From contig JBGAIQ010000005.1 in NCBI GenBank assembly GCA_044225365.1, positions 64,001-128,000 of the forward strand: a DNA stretch of 64,000 bases, written 5' to 3'. The notes beneath the pieces were generated by a model, which was given only the letters and a program-made list of their open reading frames with translations, had not been told where the DNA came from and ran no database searches. Below, one piece after another: positions 20,698 through 29,409 of the stretch; positions within the stretch are counted from its first letter, which is position 1; each line of letters begins with the position of its first letter. The stretch is from Planctomycetota bacterium (GTDB lineage: Bacteria; Planctomycetota; B15-G4; JADJEK01). The translations under genes were made by a program, and so were the position numbers.

Positions 20698-23600
20698 ATG
20701 CAGAGCGAGAGTGACGCGGTGACCGACAGCGTCGCGCCGATCGATTCGATGAATCCCGTTCGTTCCGATTCACCGCCGCAGGATCTCGGGCGCGACGTCT
20801 CCAGGTCGACCGCGCTGCCGATCGCGCCGATCCTCGCGCTCCTCGCCGGGGTCTTCAGCGTCGCGTCGGTGGGCGCGTCGATCCTCGCCGTGGCGGCGAC
20901 GCGCGAGCTCTCCTTCCTGCAGTCGACACAAGTCATCGGCGCACTCGCTCTGCTCGCGCTCGCACTGCTCGCACGACGGCGATCGTCGCAACCCCTGCCG
21001 ATCGGCCGCCTCGGACTCTGGCTCGCTGCGACCGCCCTCACGATGGCTGGAGCCGTCGAACTGCCGAGTTGGCCGTCGATCGATACCTTCGGGATCGGAG
21101 TCACCTTCCCGTTCCTCGTTCTGCTCGCCCTCCTCACGTACTTCGTCCTCGAACGGGACACCGACGGCGCGACATCGGGCATGATCGCGTGCGTGATCTT
21201 CGCGGCCTTCGGCGGACCGCTCTTCCTGCGCGACGGCGATGCCTTCCACGCGGTGCATCTGCTGCTCGCCATCGCCGGCGTCGGAAGCGCGGAACTGCCG
21301 GACACGCCGCGGCGCGGCACGGCGTTCACGCGGATCTGTCTAGCGCTGATCGTCCTCATCGCGATCCCGATCGCATCGAGCGGCGACCGCGGTCGCCATC
21401 TGGACGGCTATGCCCGCACCCTCGCAGCGCTCGCGCCCCTCGCGCTCGCCGCGATCGCAGCCGACAAGCGAAGATTCGTCGAGAAGTCCGTCCTGGCGTT
21501 GGCGGCGATCACGGCGATCGGAGTCCTCTGTGCCGCGGGTGCAGTGCTCGAGGGCGCGTACCACCTCGACCTGCATCACGCGGCGCAAGTCCGTCTCCCC
21601 CTCTTCGCCGAACATCCGAACATCATCGCGCCCTTCTTCGCCGTCACGATCCCGCTCGTCCTTGCGCTCGCGTTCGGCGGAGGATCGCGCCGAACGTCCC
21701 CGCTCCGCAGCATCGCTCTCGTCGCACTCGCCGCGGCAGCCCTGGGCGCGCTTGCCCTCACGCGCTCGCGCGCGGCGATCTTCGGCGGCGCGCTCGGTGT
21801 CGTCCTCGTCCTCGGGCTCCCGCTCCTCCAGCGCCTCGCCAGATTCCTCGCGACGAAGCGCTCGAAACTCGGCGTCGCGGCGCTCGCGATCGCGATGCTC
21901 GCAGGGTCCGGATTCGTCCTCCGACACAAGATCGCCGCGAAGCTGAACGACCCATCGATGGGATTCCGGGTCTACATGTGGCGCACGGCAGCCGCTGCCA
22001 TCGAGGAGCGCCCGCTCCTCGGATACGGTTTCTTGTGCGCCGATCCTCTGATGAACTACGCCGAAGAAGGCGATCTCGACGGGCGGACCAAGGACACCCA
22101 TCCGCACATGCAGCCGCTGTCGTTCGCGCTCGGCGCGGGCATCCCGGCGGCTCTCGTCTATCTCGCAGTCCTGCTCGAACTCGTCCTCGTGTGCGTTTCG
22201 CGGTCGCTCGCGGCGCAAGACGGAGGTCGCTTCCTCTTCGCGAGTCTCGCCGCATCCGCGCTCGCACTCCTCGCGGCGAACTTGATGGACCAGGGCCTCG
22301 CGTTGAACACGCCGTTCCCGCTCCATCTCGGGATCCTGCTCGCGATCGCAGCGGCGGCGGCGCCATCGTCCTCGGCCTCGGGAACACCGGCCGTCTCGCT
22401 GCGGCGTTCGTTGCGCATCGTGCTCACGCTGGGCCTTCTCGTCACCGCGCTCTTCCGGGCGTCCGATCTCCTCCTCCAGTGGTCGCGCGTCGCTTCGCGG
22501 GATCGAGAGAAGAACCAAGCCGTCGCACTGACGAAACTCGCTGCCACCCTCGATCCGCTTTCGCGCGACGCCCGACTCGCCTACGGCGACGCCACGGACG
22601 CCGCCGGCGATCGCGCTGAAGCCGCCGAGATCTTCGCCAAGGTCACGGCACTGCTCCCGAACTCGCCGTATGCCTGGGAGAAGCTCGGGAACCTCGAATA
22701 CGATCGCCGCAACTACACCGCCGCGCTGCAAGCGTTGAAGCGCGCCAAGGACCGCGATCCCACCGGGCCGAGCACCTCGCAGTGGGCTCTGCGCATCGGG
22801 AACATCTATGCCAATCTCGGAATGCGTGAAGACGCGATCGCGGCATTCGCCGAGGCGTTCCGCTTCGACTACGAAGCCGCACAACGCGCGAACTGGTCGC
22901 AGGACGAGCAGAAGGAGTACTACATCCCGATCCCGGGCAGCGACACGCCGATCTTCTTGGCGGGAGTCCTGAAGCGCGATGTCGATCTCCTCCCGGATCT
23001 GGTCAAGACCGATCCGATCAAGGCGCGACGTCTCGCGACGACGATGGTCCGCATCGAGATGTCGTTCCGCCACTTCTCTCGCGCGCGAGACATCATCGCT
23101 CTCTATCGAACACTGACCACCGTTCCGTGGTTGCCGCTCGAACACCTCGAGAACGACCTCGACCGCATCGAGAAGGAAGAAGCCGAAAAGGCCGGCGCGG
23201 GTGAGGCTCCGCCAGAGTCGCAAAACGCCCCAGACTCCAACGACCCCAAGGAGTCCCACCCCACGCCCCCGACGGCAACCGACGCGCCAGCGCCTCCAAC
23301 CGAAGCGAAGAACGCGCCGGATCCGGACGAGTTCGCCGGCGTCGCAGGCGAGACCGTGATCTTCATCGATCGCGGCAAGGACCTGATGGCGGGAAATCAC
23401 TTCGACGAAGCGATCCGTTCGTTCGAGATCGGCCTCGACCGGTCCTACGACATGGTCGCCGAACGCTCCTATATCGCGACCGTCATCGACGGCCTGTTCG
23501 AATGCCACATCCGGAAGGGCGACCTGCTCGGCGCCAAGCGCTGGTTCGGACCGAACCTCTACTTCCACCCCAAGGCCCAGGAACGCTTCGACATCGCCCG

Positions 23601-23940
23601 CCGCCTCGCGGCCGCCGAACGGACGGGCCAGAACGATCGCGCCGCTCTGGAAATCCTGACGGACGCCTTGAAGATCCGCGGCTCGCTCTCCCCCGCCCGC
23701 TCGCAGGAAGCCCTGAACCCCTTCTGCGCGACGCTGGGCTCGTTGCTGCAATCGACCGACGCCACCGTGCGCACCGATGTCGAGCAGCTCCTGAACTCGA
23801 TCGAATCCGACGGCCCCGGGCTCGCCATCTCGGTGCTCACCTACACGCAGGCGAAGCGCCTGAGCGAAGTCCCGAGCCGCTATCAACGCCTGAAGCGCGA
23901 TCACTCCGACTGGCTTCCGGTGATCCGCCTCCCCCGCTGA
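20698..23940 (+). CDS. O-antigen ligase family membrane protein with TPR repeats
   Basis: Multiple TMs; 'HPNIIA', 'LTRSRAA', 'RVYMWRTA', 'PLLGYG', 'HPH'; TPRs; start uncertain. Confidence 0.8.
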   Translation: MQSESDAVTDSVAPIDSMNPVRSDSPPQDLGRDVSRSTALPIAPILALLAGVFSVASVGASILAVAATRELSFLQSTQVIGALALLALALLARRRSSQPLPIGRLGLWLAATALTMAGAVELPSWPSIDTFGIGVTFPFLVLLALLTYFVLERDTDGATSGMIACVIFAAFGGPLFLRDGDAFHAVHLLLAIAGVGSAELPDTPRRGTAFTRICLALIVLIAIPIASSGDRGRHLDGYARTLAALAPLALAAIAADKRRFVEKSVLALAAITAIGVLCAAGAVLEGAYHLDLHHAAQVRLPLFAEHPNIIAPFFAVTIPLVLALAFGGGSRRTSPLRSIALVALAAAALGALALTRSRAAIFGGALGVVLVLGLPLLQRLARFLATKRSKLGVAALAIAMLAGSGFVLRHKIAAKLNDPSMGFRVYMWRTAAAAIEERPLLGYGFLCADPLMNYAEEGDLDGRTKDTHPHMQPLSFALGAGIPAALVYLAVLLELVLVCVSRSLAAQDGGRFLFASLAASALALLAANLMDQGLALNTPFPLHLGILLAIAAAAAPSSSASGTPAVSLRRSLRIVLTLGLLVTALFRASDLLLQWSRVASRDREKNQAVALTKLAATLDPLSRDARLAYGDATDAAGDRAEAAEIFAKVTALLPNSPYAWEKLGNLEYDRRNYTAALQALKRAKDRDPTGPSTSQWALRIGNIYANLGMREDAIAAFAEAFRFDYEAAQRANWSQDEQKEYYIPIPGSDTPIFLAGVLKRDVDLLPDLVKTDPIKARRLATTMVRIEMSFRHFSRARDIIALYRTLTTVPWLPLEHLENDLDRIEKEEAEKAGAGEAPPESQNAPDSNDPKESHPTPPTATDAPAPPTEAKNAPDPDEFAGVAGETVIFIDRGKDLMAGNHFDEAIRSFEIGLDRSYDMVAERSYIATVIDGLFECHIRKGDLLGAKRWFGPNLYFHPKAQERFDIARRLAAAERTGQNDRAALEILTDALKIRGSLSPARSQEALNPFCATLGSLLQSTDATVRTDVEQLLNSIESDGPGLAISVLTYTQAKRLSEVPSRYQRLKRDHSDWLPVIRLPR

Positions 23941-24126
23941 GCCCGCCACGCACTCGACGGAACGCACCCCGCCCCGCCGACGAATCCTGCATCCTCCACA
24001 CTCGTTCGCGACTCCCGCTTGTCCCCCGCCGCCGAGTCGTTGTAATCGACCGCACGCGCGAGGCCCCCACAGTCTCCGCGCGCAGGCTCTCGAACCGACG
24101 CAACCGTCGACCGAGACCCTTCAGGC

Positions 24127-24203
24127 GCGCCCGTAGCTCAACTGGATAGAGCTCCGGATTTCTAATCCGGCGGTTGCAGGTTCGATTCCTGCCGGGCGTG
24201 CCA
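24127..24203 (+). tRNA. tRNA-Arg (anticodon TCT)
   Basis: Acceptor GCGCCCG/CGGGCGT, D-arm TAGCTCAACTGGATAGAGC, anticodon stem CCGGA-TTTCTAA-TCCGG, T-loop GGTTCGATTCC, encoded CCA. Confidence 0.96.
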
Positions 24204-24254
24204 TCTTCTCGCTGCCTGCGTTTGTCGGCGTTCTTGCCCTCCCCTGCGGCTGTC

Positions 24255-25124
24255 TCAGCACCGCGTTCGCATCGGCTCGCGGGCGCGCTCCTGCGCGGCG
24301 GGTGATTCGAACTTCTTGGCGGATGCGTGGGCCCACATCTTCTCGATGTAGGTCACGGCGTCGGGCGTCTTGCACGCGGTGTCGCCGTGGTCGACCTCGA
24401 CCATGCCGATGCGCTTCGCCGCGGCGAGCGCCGCCTTGCGAAGCGTCGCGTTGCGGCCGCCGATCGTGATCACCGCCATGTTCATGACCGCGCGCTCAGA
24501 ATTCGGAGCGGAGTGGATCGATCTCTCGATGTGGGCGAGCCGATCGAGGAAGTAGCTGTCCGGAGTCGTCTCGTCGAGGTTTGCAAGGCAGCTGGAGAGG
24601 GACCAGCCGGCCGCGCGCAGCGCGTCGTTGTCGGACGCGAGCCACTCGCGGGCCAGGGCCGCGCCGTGCGGACTCTCCGCCGCGAGCATGGCGACGTAGG
24701 CGCCGCACGACCGCGAGTGAATTTCACGAGCCCAGCGCTCCAGTTCCTTCGGCTCGACCCGCGCGGGATCCGCGATCTTCAGCGCCAGGATCCGGGCGTC
24801 GTAATTGCCCGTATCCCACAGCGCGCGCGCAAGGTCGTGGTCGACTCCGATGCGCTTCACGAGCACCTTCAGCGTCGCGAAGCTGACGCCGAACATCGGC
24901 TCCTTCGCGCCGTGCCGAAGGTATGTCTTCCGTGTCTGCGCCGAACCGGCGGCTTCGAGCTCCCGCATCACTTCGGTGAGGGAGGAGCGCGTACCGGACG
25001 TCTTCCCTGTCTTGACGGGAGCGCCCGCGAGGGGCTTCTTCGTCGCGGCTCTCGTGGCGGTCGCCTTCGTCGATCGGAGCGAACTCGTTTTCGCCGTCTT
25101 CGGGGTCGTGCGCGTCGGTTTCAT
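24255..25124 (-). CDS. DNA alkylation repair protein (AlkD-like HEAT repeat)
   Basis: 'RKTYLRHGA..PMFGVS', 'LWDTGNYDARILA', 'VEVDHGDTACKTPDA'; K/T/A-rich N-terminal extension. Confidence 0.8.
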   Translation of the reverse strand: MKPTRTTPKTAKTSSLRSTKATATRAATKKPLAGAPVKTGKTSGTRSSLTEVMRELEAAGSAQTRKTYLRHGAKEPMFGVSFATLKVLVKRIGVDHDLARALWDTGNYDARILALKIADPARVEPKELERWAREIHSRSCGAYVAMLAAESPHGAALAREWLASDNDALRAAGWSLSSCLANLDETTPDSYFLDRLAHIERSIHSAPNSERAVMNMAVITIGGRNATLRKAALAAAKRIGMVEVDHGDTACKTPDAVTYIEKMWAHASAKKFESPAAQERAREPMRTRC

Positions 25125-25294
25125 GGTTTCATGATACTCCGACGAGGACGACGTGGAAGGGCCCTGCGCTCCCCCGCAGTGAGCGCGGGAACGGCGAACT
25201 GCCGGCGAAGCGAAACCCACGGGTCGCAGCCAAGTGCCCCTACTCGGTCGGGTATCCTGCGCAACAGTGGGTTCACGAACGGGAGTGTTCCGCG

Positions 25295-27856
25295 ATGCAG
25301 CCGGAGCGATTCAAGCAGTGCCGCGCGCTGTTCGAGCGTGCGATGGAACTCGATCCCGCTGCGAGGGAGAAGTTCTTGCTCGACGAATGCGCGGGCGACT
25401 CCTCGCTGCGCCGCGACGTCGAGGCCTTGATCGAGTCCGACCTAAGGGCGAACGAGCGGGAGTTCCTGCGGCAGTCGCGACTCGGCGAAGTCGTCGGCGA
25501 GATGGTCGATCAAGTGACGGACCTGACCGGCTTGAAGATCGACCCCTTCCGGATCGTGCGGCCGATCGCGACGGGCGGAATGGGCACGGTCTACGAGGCC
25601 GAACAGGAGAGCCCACGACGGCGAGTCGCGCTGAAGGTGCTGCGCACGATGTTCGCGGGTGCGACGGTGCTGCGTCGCTTCCACGTCGAAGCCGAGATCC
25701 TCGCGCGTCTGCAGCATGCGGGAATCGCGCAGGTCTTCGCGAGCGGGACGCATCGGATCGAGGGCGAGGGATTCCGGGTGGATCTGCCCTGGTACGCCCT
25801 CGAGCTGCTCGAGGGCGCGCTGCCGATCACGGCCTTCGCAAGTCAACGCGGACTCGACACGACCGCACGCATCCGCCTCTTCGTTCGCGTCTGTGACGCC
25901 GTTCACCACGCCCATTCCCGCGGCGTCATTCACCGCGATCTGAAGCCGGCGAACATCCTGGTCGCCGCGAACGGCGATCCCAAGGTGATCGACTTCGGTA
26001 TCGCGCGTGTGCCGGCCGGCGAATCCGATGGGACCGCGATGGCGACCGCGACGGGCGAGATCGTTGGAACGCTGCGCTACATGGCGCCCGAGCAGTTCTT
26101 GGGCGATCCGGATGCGATCGATACGAGGACCGATGTCTATGCGCTCGGCGTCGTCCTGTTCGAACTACTCTGCGATGCGTCTCCATTCGATCTCGATGGC
26201 AAGAGCGTGACGGAAGTCAGCAGGATCGTCCGCGAAGAGGATCCGAGGAGTCTGCGCTCGACTCGCCGCCATCTCTCGGAGGAACTGCAGTGGATCGTCT
26301 CGCATGCGCTCGAGAAGAAGCCGGAGCTCCGCTACGCCTCCGCCGCTGAACTGAAGGACGACCTCGAACGGCACCTCAAGCATGAGGTCCTGATCGCGGG
26401 TCCGCCGAGCGCCTCGTATCGGCTGCGCAAGTTCGTCGCGCGGCATCGCTTCGCACTCGGAGCTGCGTTCGCCATCGTCGTTTCTCTCATCCTCGGTCTC
26501 ATCGCGTCGCTCATCTCACTCGAGCGCGCTCGAATCGCGGAGGCCCAGGCCTCGAAGGATGCGAAGACGGCGCGCACGGCCGAGCGGAAGGCGACGGAGG
26601 AGTCCACGGTATCGCAGCACGTGATCGGGCTGTTCGAGCGCGCCTTCTCCGAAGCGATCGTCGGGAACAAGGGCCGCGACCTGAGGGTCGTCGACGTGCT
26701 CGACGAGTCGAGTCGATACGCGGACGAGCAGTTGAAGACGGAGCCGCGAGTCGCGGCCGCTTTCCATGGCAAACTGGCCGAGCTCTACTACTCGCTCGCG
26801 GAACTCGAAGCCGCCGACGATCACTTCACGCGTGAGATCGAACTGCTCCGGACCCTTCCCATGAACGAGGTCGCGCAGGATCTCGTCACCACGGATCTCG
26901 ACCTCGTTCAGATCAAGAACCTCCGATCGAAACCCGACGACGCGCTCGCCGTTCTTTCGGATGCGAGCGACACGGCGGCGAAGTTCCTGCCAGCGAACGA
27001 TCCATCGGTCGCCGGGATCCACCATCGTCGCGGCGCGGTGTATCTGCGGTTGAACCGGCTGCACGACGCGGAGGCGGAGTTTCGAATCGCGGTCGACCTG
27101 CGGAAGGCGCAGTTCGGCGCGGAGGAACAGGACACGCTCGATTCGATGAACTCGCTCTCCGTCACGCTGATGGAGGAAAATGATCTCGAGACGGCCGAAC
27201 CCTATGCGCGCGGCGTCGTCGAGGGCCTCGCGAAGATCCGCGGCCAGAATCATCCGTTCACGTTGATGGCGACCAAGAACCTCGCTTCGCTCCTTCGTGA
27301 TCGCGGCAAGTATCAGGAGGCGTACGACCTCGTCGCTCCGACGGTGCCGATCCGAGAGCAAGCCTCCGGAACGGATCACCCGGACACGCTCGATACCAAG
27401 GTGATGATCGCTCAGCTCCTCGGCTATCTCGGGCGCCGAAGCGAGGCCGTCGATCTCCTTCGGTCCCTGCGGGAGGCATTCGTCCGTAAGGCGGGCCGCG
27501 GCAGTCCGAACACACTCGACGCGGTCGCGATCCTCGTCGGGATCCTGAACACGGAGGGCCGTTATTCGGAAGCCGAGGCGGCGGCGAGGGAAGGCCTTCA
27601 GGGCCTCACCGGTACCCAACCCCATACGACGACGGCGGGGATCGGCGAGATCCGGTGCGGACTAGGCTACGCGATCGGCATGCACGGCAACTACGAGGAC
27701 GGGCTCGACGAGATCGACGCCGGACTCGATCAACTGAAGAAGACGAGGGGCGAGAGCCATGGCTCGACGCTGCGCGGAGTGAAGCTGCGCGCGGCACTCG
27801 AATCGAAACGCGACGCCGCCCGCGGAGTCGGCGAGCAGAAGTCGGGTGGGAACTGA
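25295..27856 (+). CDS. Ser/Thr protein kinase with TM and TPR repeats
   Basis: 'GGMGTVY', 'VALKVL', 'HRDLKPANIL', 'DFGIA', 'GTLRYMAPEQ'; 'HPDTL'-type TPRs. Confidence 0.93.
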   Translation: MQPERFKQCRALFERAMELDPAAREKFLLDECAGDSSLRRDVEALIESDLRANEREFLRQSRLGEVVGEMVDQVTDLTGLKIDPFRIVRPIATGGMGTVYEAEQESPRRRVALKVLRTMFAGATVLRRFHVEAEILARLQHAGIAQVFASGTHRIEGEGFRVDLPWYALELLEGALPITAFASQRGLDTTARIRLFVRVCDAVHHAHSRGVIHRDLKPANILVAANGDPKVIDFGIARVPAGESDGTAMATATGEIVGTLRYMAPEQFLGDPDAIDTRTDVYALGVVLFELLCDASPFDLDGKSVTEVSRIVREEDPRSLRSTRRHLSEELQWIVSHALEKKPELRYASAAELKDDLERHLKHEVLIAGPPSASYRLRKFVARHRFALGAAFAIVVSLILGLIASLISLERARIAEAQASKDAKTARTAERKATEESTVSQHVIGLFERAFSEAIVGNKGRDLRVVDVLDESSRYADEQLKTEPRVAAAFHGKLAELYYSLAELEAADDHFTREIELLRTLPMNEVAQDLVTTDLDLVQIKNLRSKPDDALAVLSDASDTAAKFLPANDPSVAGIHHRRGAVYLRLNRLHDAEAEFRIAVDLRKAQFGAEEQDTLDSMNSLSVTLMEENDLETAEPYARGVVEGLAKIRGQNHPFTLMATKNLASLLRDRGKYQEAYDLVAPTVPIREQASGTDHPDTLDTKVMIAQLLGYLGRRSEAVDLLRSLREAFVRKAGRGSPNTLDAVAILVGILNTEGRYSEAEAAAREGLQGLTGTQPHTTTAGIGEIRCGLGYAIGMHGNYEDGLDEIDAGLDQLKKTRGESHGSTLRGVKLRAALESKRDAARGVGEQKSGGN

Positions 27857-27871
27857 TCCGGCGACGCGGAG

Positions 27872-28783
27872 CTACGGGGTGACGGCCTTCACCGCGTTGC
27901 TCAGGGCCACACCGTTCTTCGCGGCAGGATCCTGGATCGCGTACTGGAAGTAGAGTTTCGTAGCCGACGGGACGTTGCTCGGCCACGTGAACGGCAACGC
28001 GATCGCGCCCGAACCAGTCGTGTTCAAGGGCAACACGAGCGCGACGGGGAAGGCCACGAGCGTTCCACCGAGGAAGGGTGTGGGCGCACTGGAAAGCGAG
28101 ACGAAGAGCACCGCGGGCGACGACGGTTTCGCCGAGGAAAGCGTCAGGGAGCCGGTCGAGGCCGGAGCGAGCGTCCCGGAGCCGACGAGACTCGGGACTC
28201 CGTTTCCACCTGGCAGGCCCGAACCGAGATTGCTCCACGGCGAAGGCACTTCGGAGAACGAGACCGAGGTGTTCACGGCCGGCCACAATGCGTCTTCCTC
28301 GGCCTGGATCCCGTAGGTCGCCGTCCCACCCTCGCCGCCGAGCGATGCCCCGAAGTTGAAGACGAGCGTGACGTCAGCGCCCGCATCGCTCATCAACAGG
28401 TTCTGCAGTGGCGCGAGGAGCTGGTGGTTCGACACCTGGAATCCGTACACGTTCGGTGTCGTAGAGATCAACGTGCCGGAGAACAGCGTCGAACGCTCGA
28501 ACGTGTGCGGAACGAAGACGTACGGATTGCTCGGACTCGCCGCGAGCCCCACGCTGGCAGGAACGTGGAACAAGAGGACGCTCGTGGGATCCACTTCCGT
28601 CGCGTTGCCGTTCGCATCGAGGTCCACACCGATGAGGCGACCCGAGATCGATGATCCGGAGTAACTGATCGTGAAATCGAAGTCGGCGGGCGCCGCGAGG
28701 GCGGATCCACCCGCGGCTCCGGCGAATAGGGCGAACACCGGGAATCCGACCGATGCGGCGAGACGAACTGCTTGGAGCCTCAT
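27872..28783 (-). CDS. Secreted hypothetical protein with shared C-terminal domain
   Basis: Signal peptide MRLQAV...ALA; C-terminus 'WSNLGSGLPG...LYFQYAIQDP...VALSNAV'. Confidence 0.75.
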   Translation of the reverse strand: MRLQAVRLAASVGFPVFALFAGAAGGSALAAPADFDFTISYSGSSISGRLIGVDLDANGNATEVDPTSVLLFHVPASVGLAASPSNPYVFVPHTFERSTLFSGTLISTTPNVYGFQVSNHQLLAPLQNLLMSDAGADVTLVFNFGASLGGEGGTATYGIQAEEDALWPAVNTSVSFSEVPSPWSNLGSGLPGGNGVPSLVGSGTLAPASTGSLTLSSAKPSSPAVLFVSLSSAPTPFLGGTLVAFPVALVLPLNTTGSGAIALPFTWPSNVPSATKLYFQYAIQDPAAKNGVALSNAVKAVTP

Positions 28784-28940
28784 GCCCAACCTCACGACTT
28801 CAGGGGTGGATCGACGAAAACTTCGAGGGCGACCACGATCGCAGCACCGTCTCGATTCAGACGAACTCCCGAACGGGGATGTTCCATCGGCGACCTCCGG
28901 GATCGATCGGCGCTTTGGGGGCAGCTCCGATCGGACCCTG

Positions 28941-29140
28941 TCACTTCGACAACCGCACGCCGCTCGCGACGATCGTCAGCTCTTTCTGATCCCCGACGAT
29001 CTTCATCGCGTCCTCGTGACGCCCGGCGTCTTCGAGATCATGACGCGCCTCGCCCTCCGGAACGGTCTTCACGGAGAACGTTCCCTCGAGCACCACCGAG
29101 CGGCCTTCGCAATCCGTGGGGACGAAGAACCCGTAGTCCT
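28941..29140 (-). pseudogene. 5'-deleted duplicate of the DUF4920 gene
   Basis: Near-identical to 32452-32651 ('FFVPTDCEGRSVVLEG...VASGVRLSK'), joined directly to sequence matching 33007 onward; 5' part absent. Confidence 0.85.
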
Positions 29141-29409
29141 CCGTGACTCTGGGTTCGGGTACGAATTCTTCACTCTACCCAACGTCGGGCCGGCCGATGC
29201 TCCGCCGGTCCTCTGCACCCGGCGGTCACGGACCGCGTCCGCCGCCGCCGTTTTCGGCGGTTGCGGACCGCGTCCGCCGCCGCCGTTCGAGATCGACCCG
29301 GGGCGCAGCGCGTGAAAGTCGCGCCCGCAGCTCGGGTCGAACCTGCGCGCGCTCGAATTCAAAATCCCGTCGCTGCTGCTCGACGCGGCAGGCGTGATCG
29401 ACCCCGGAT

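Noticed and set aside
24127-24260. Prophage or ICE integrated at tRNA-Arg
   Set aside because: No integrase, phage or conjugation genes, and no duplicated tRNA 3' end was spotted in the window
25295-27856. ECF sigma factor/kinase pair
   Set aside because: No ECF sigma gene is adjacent; the kinase alone is a common family member
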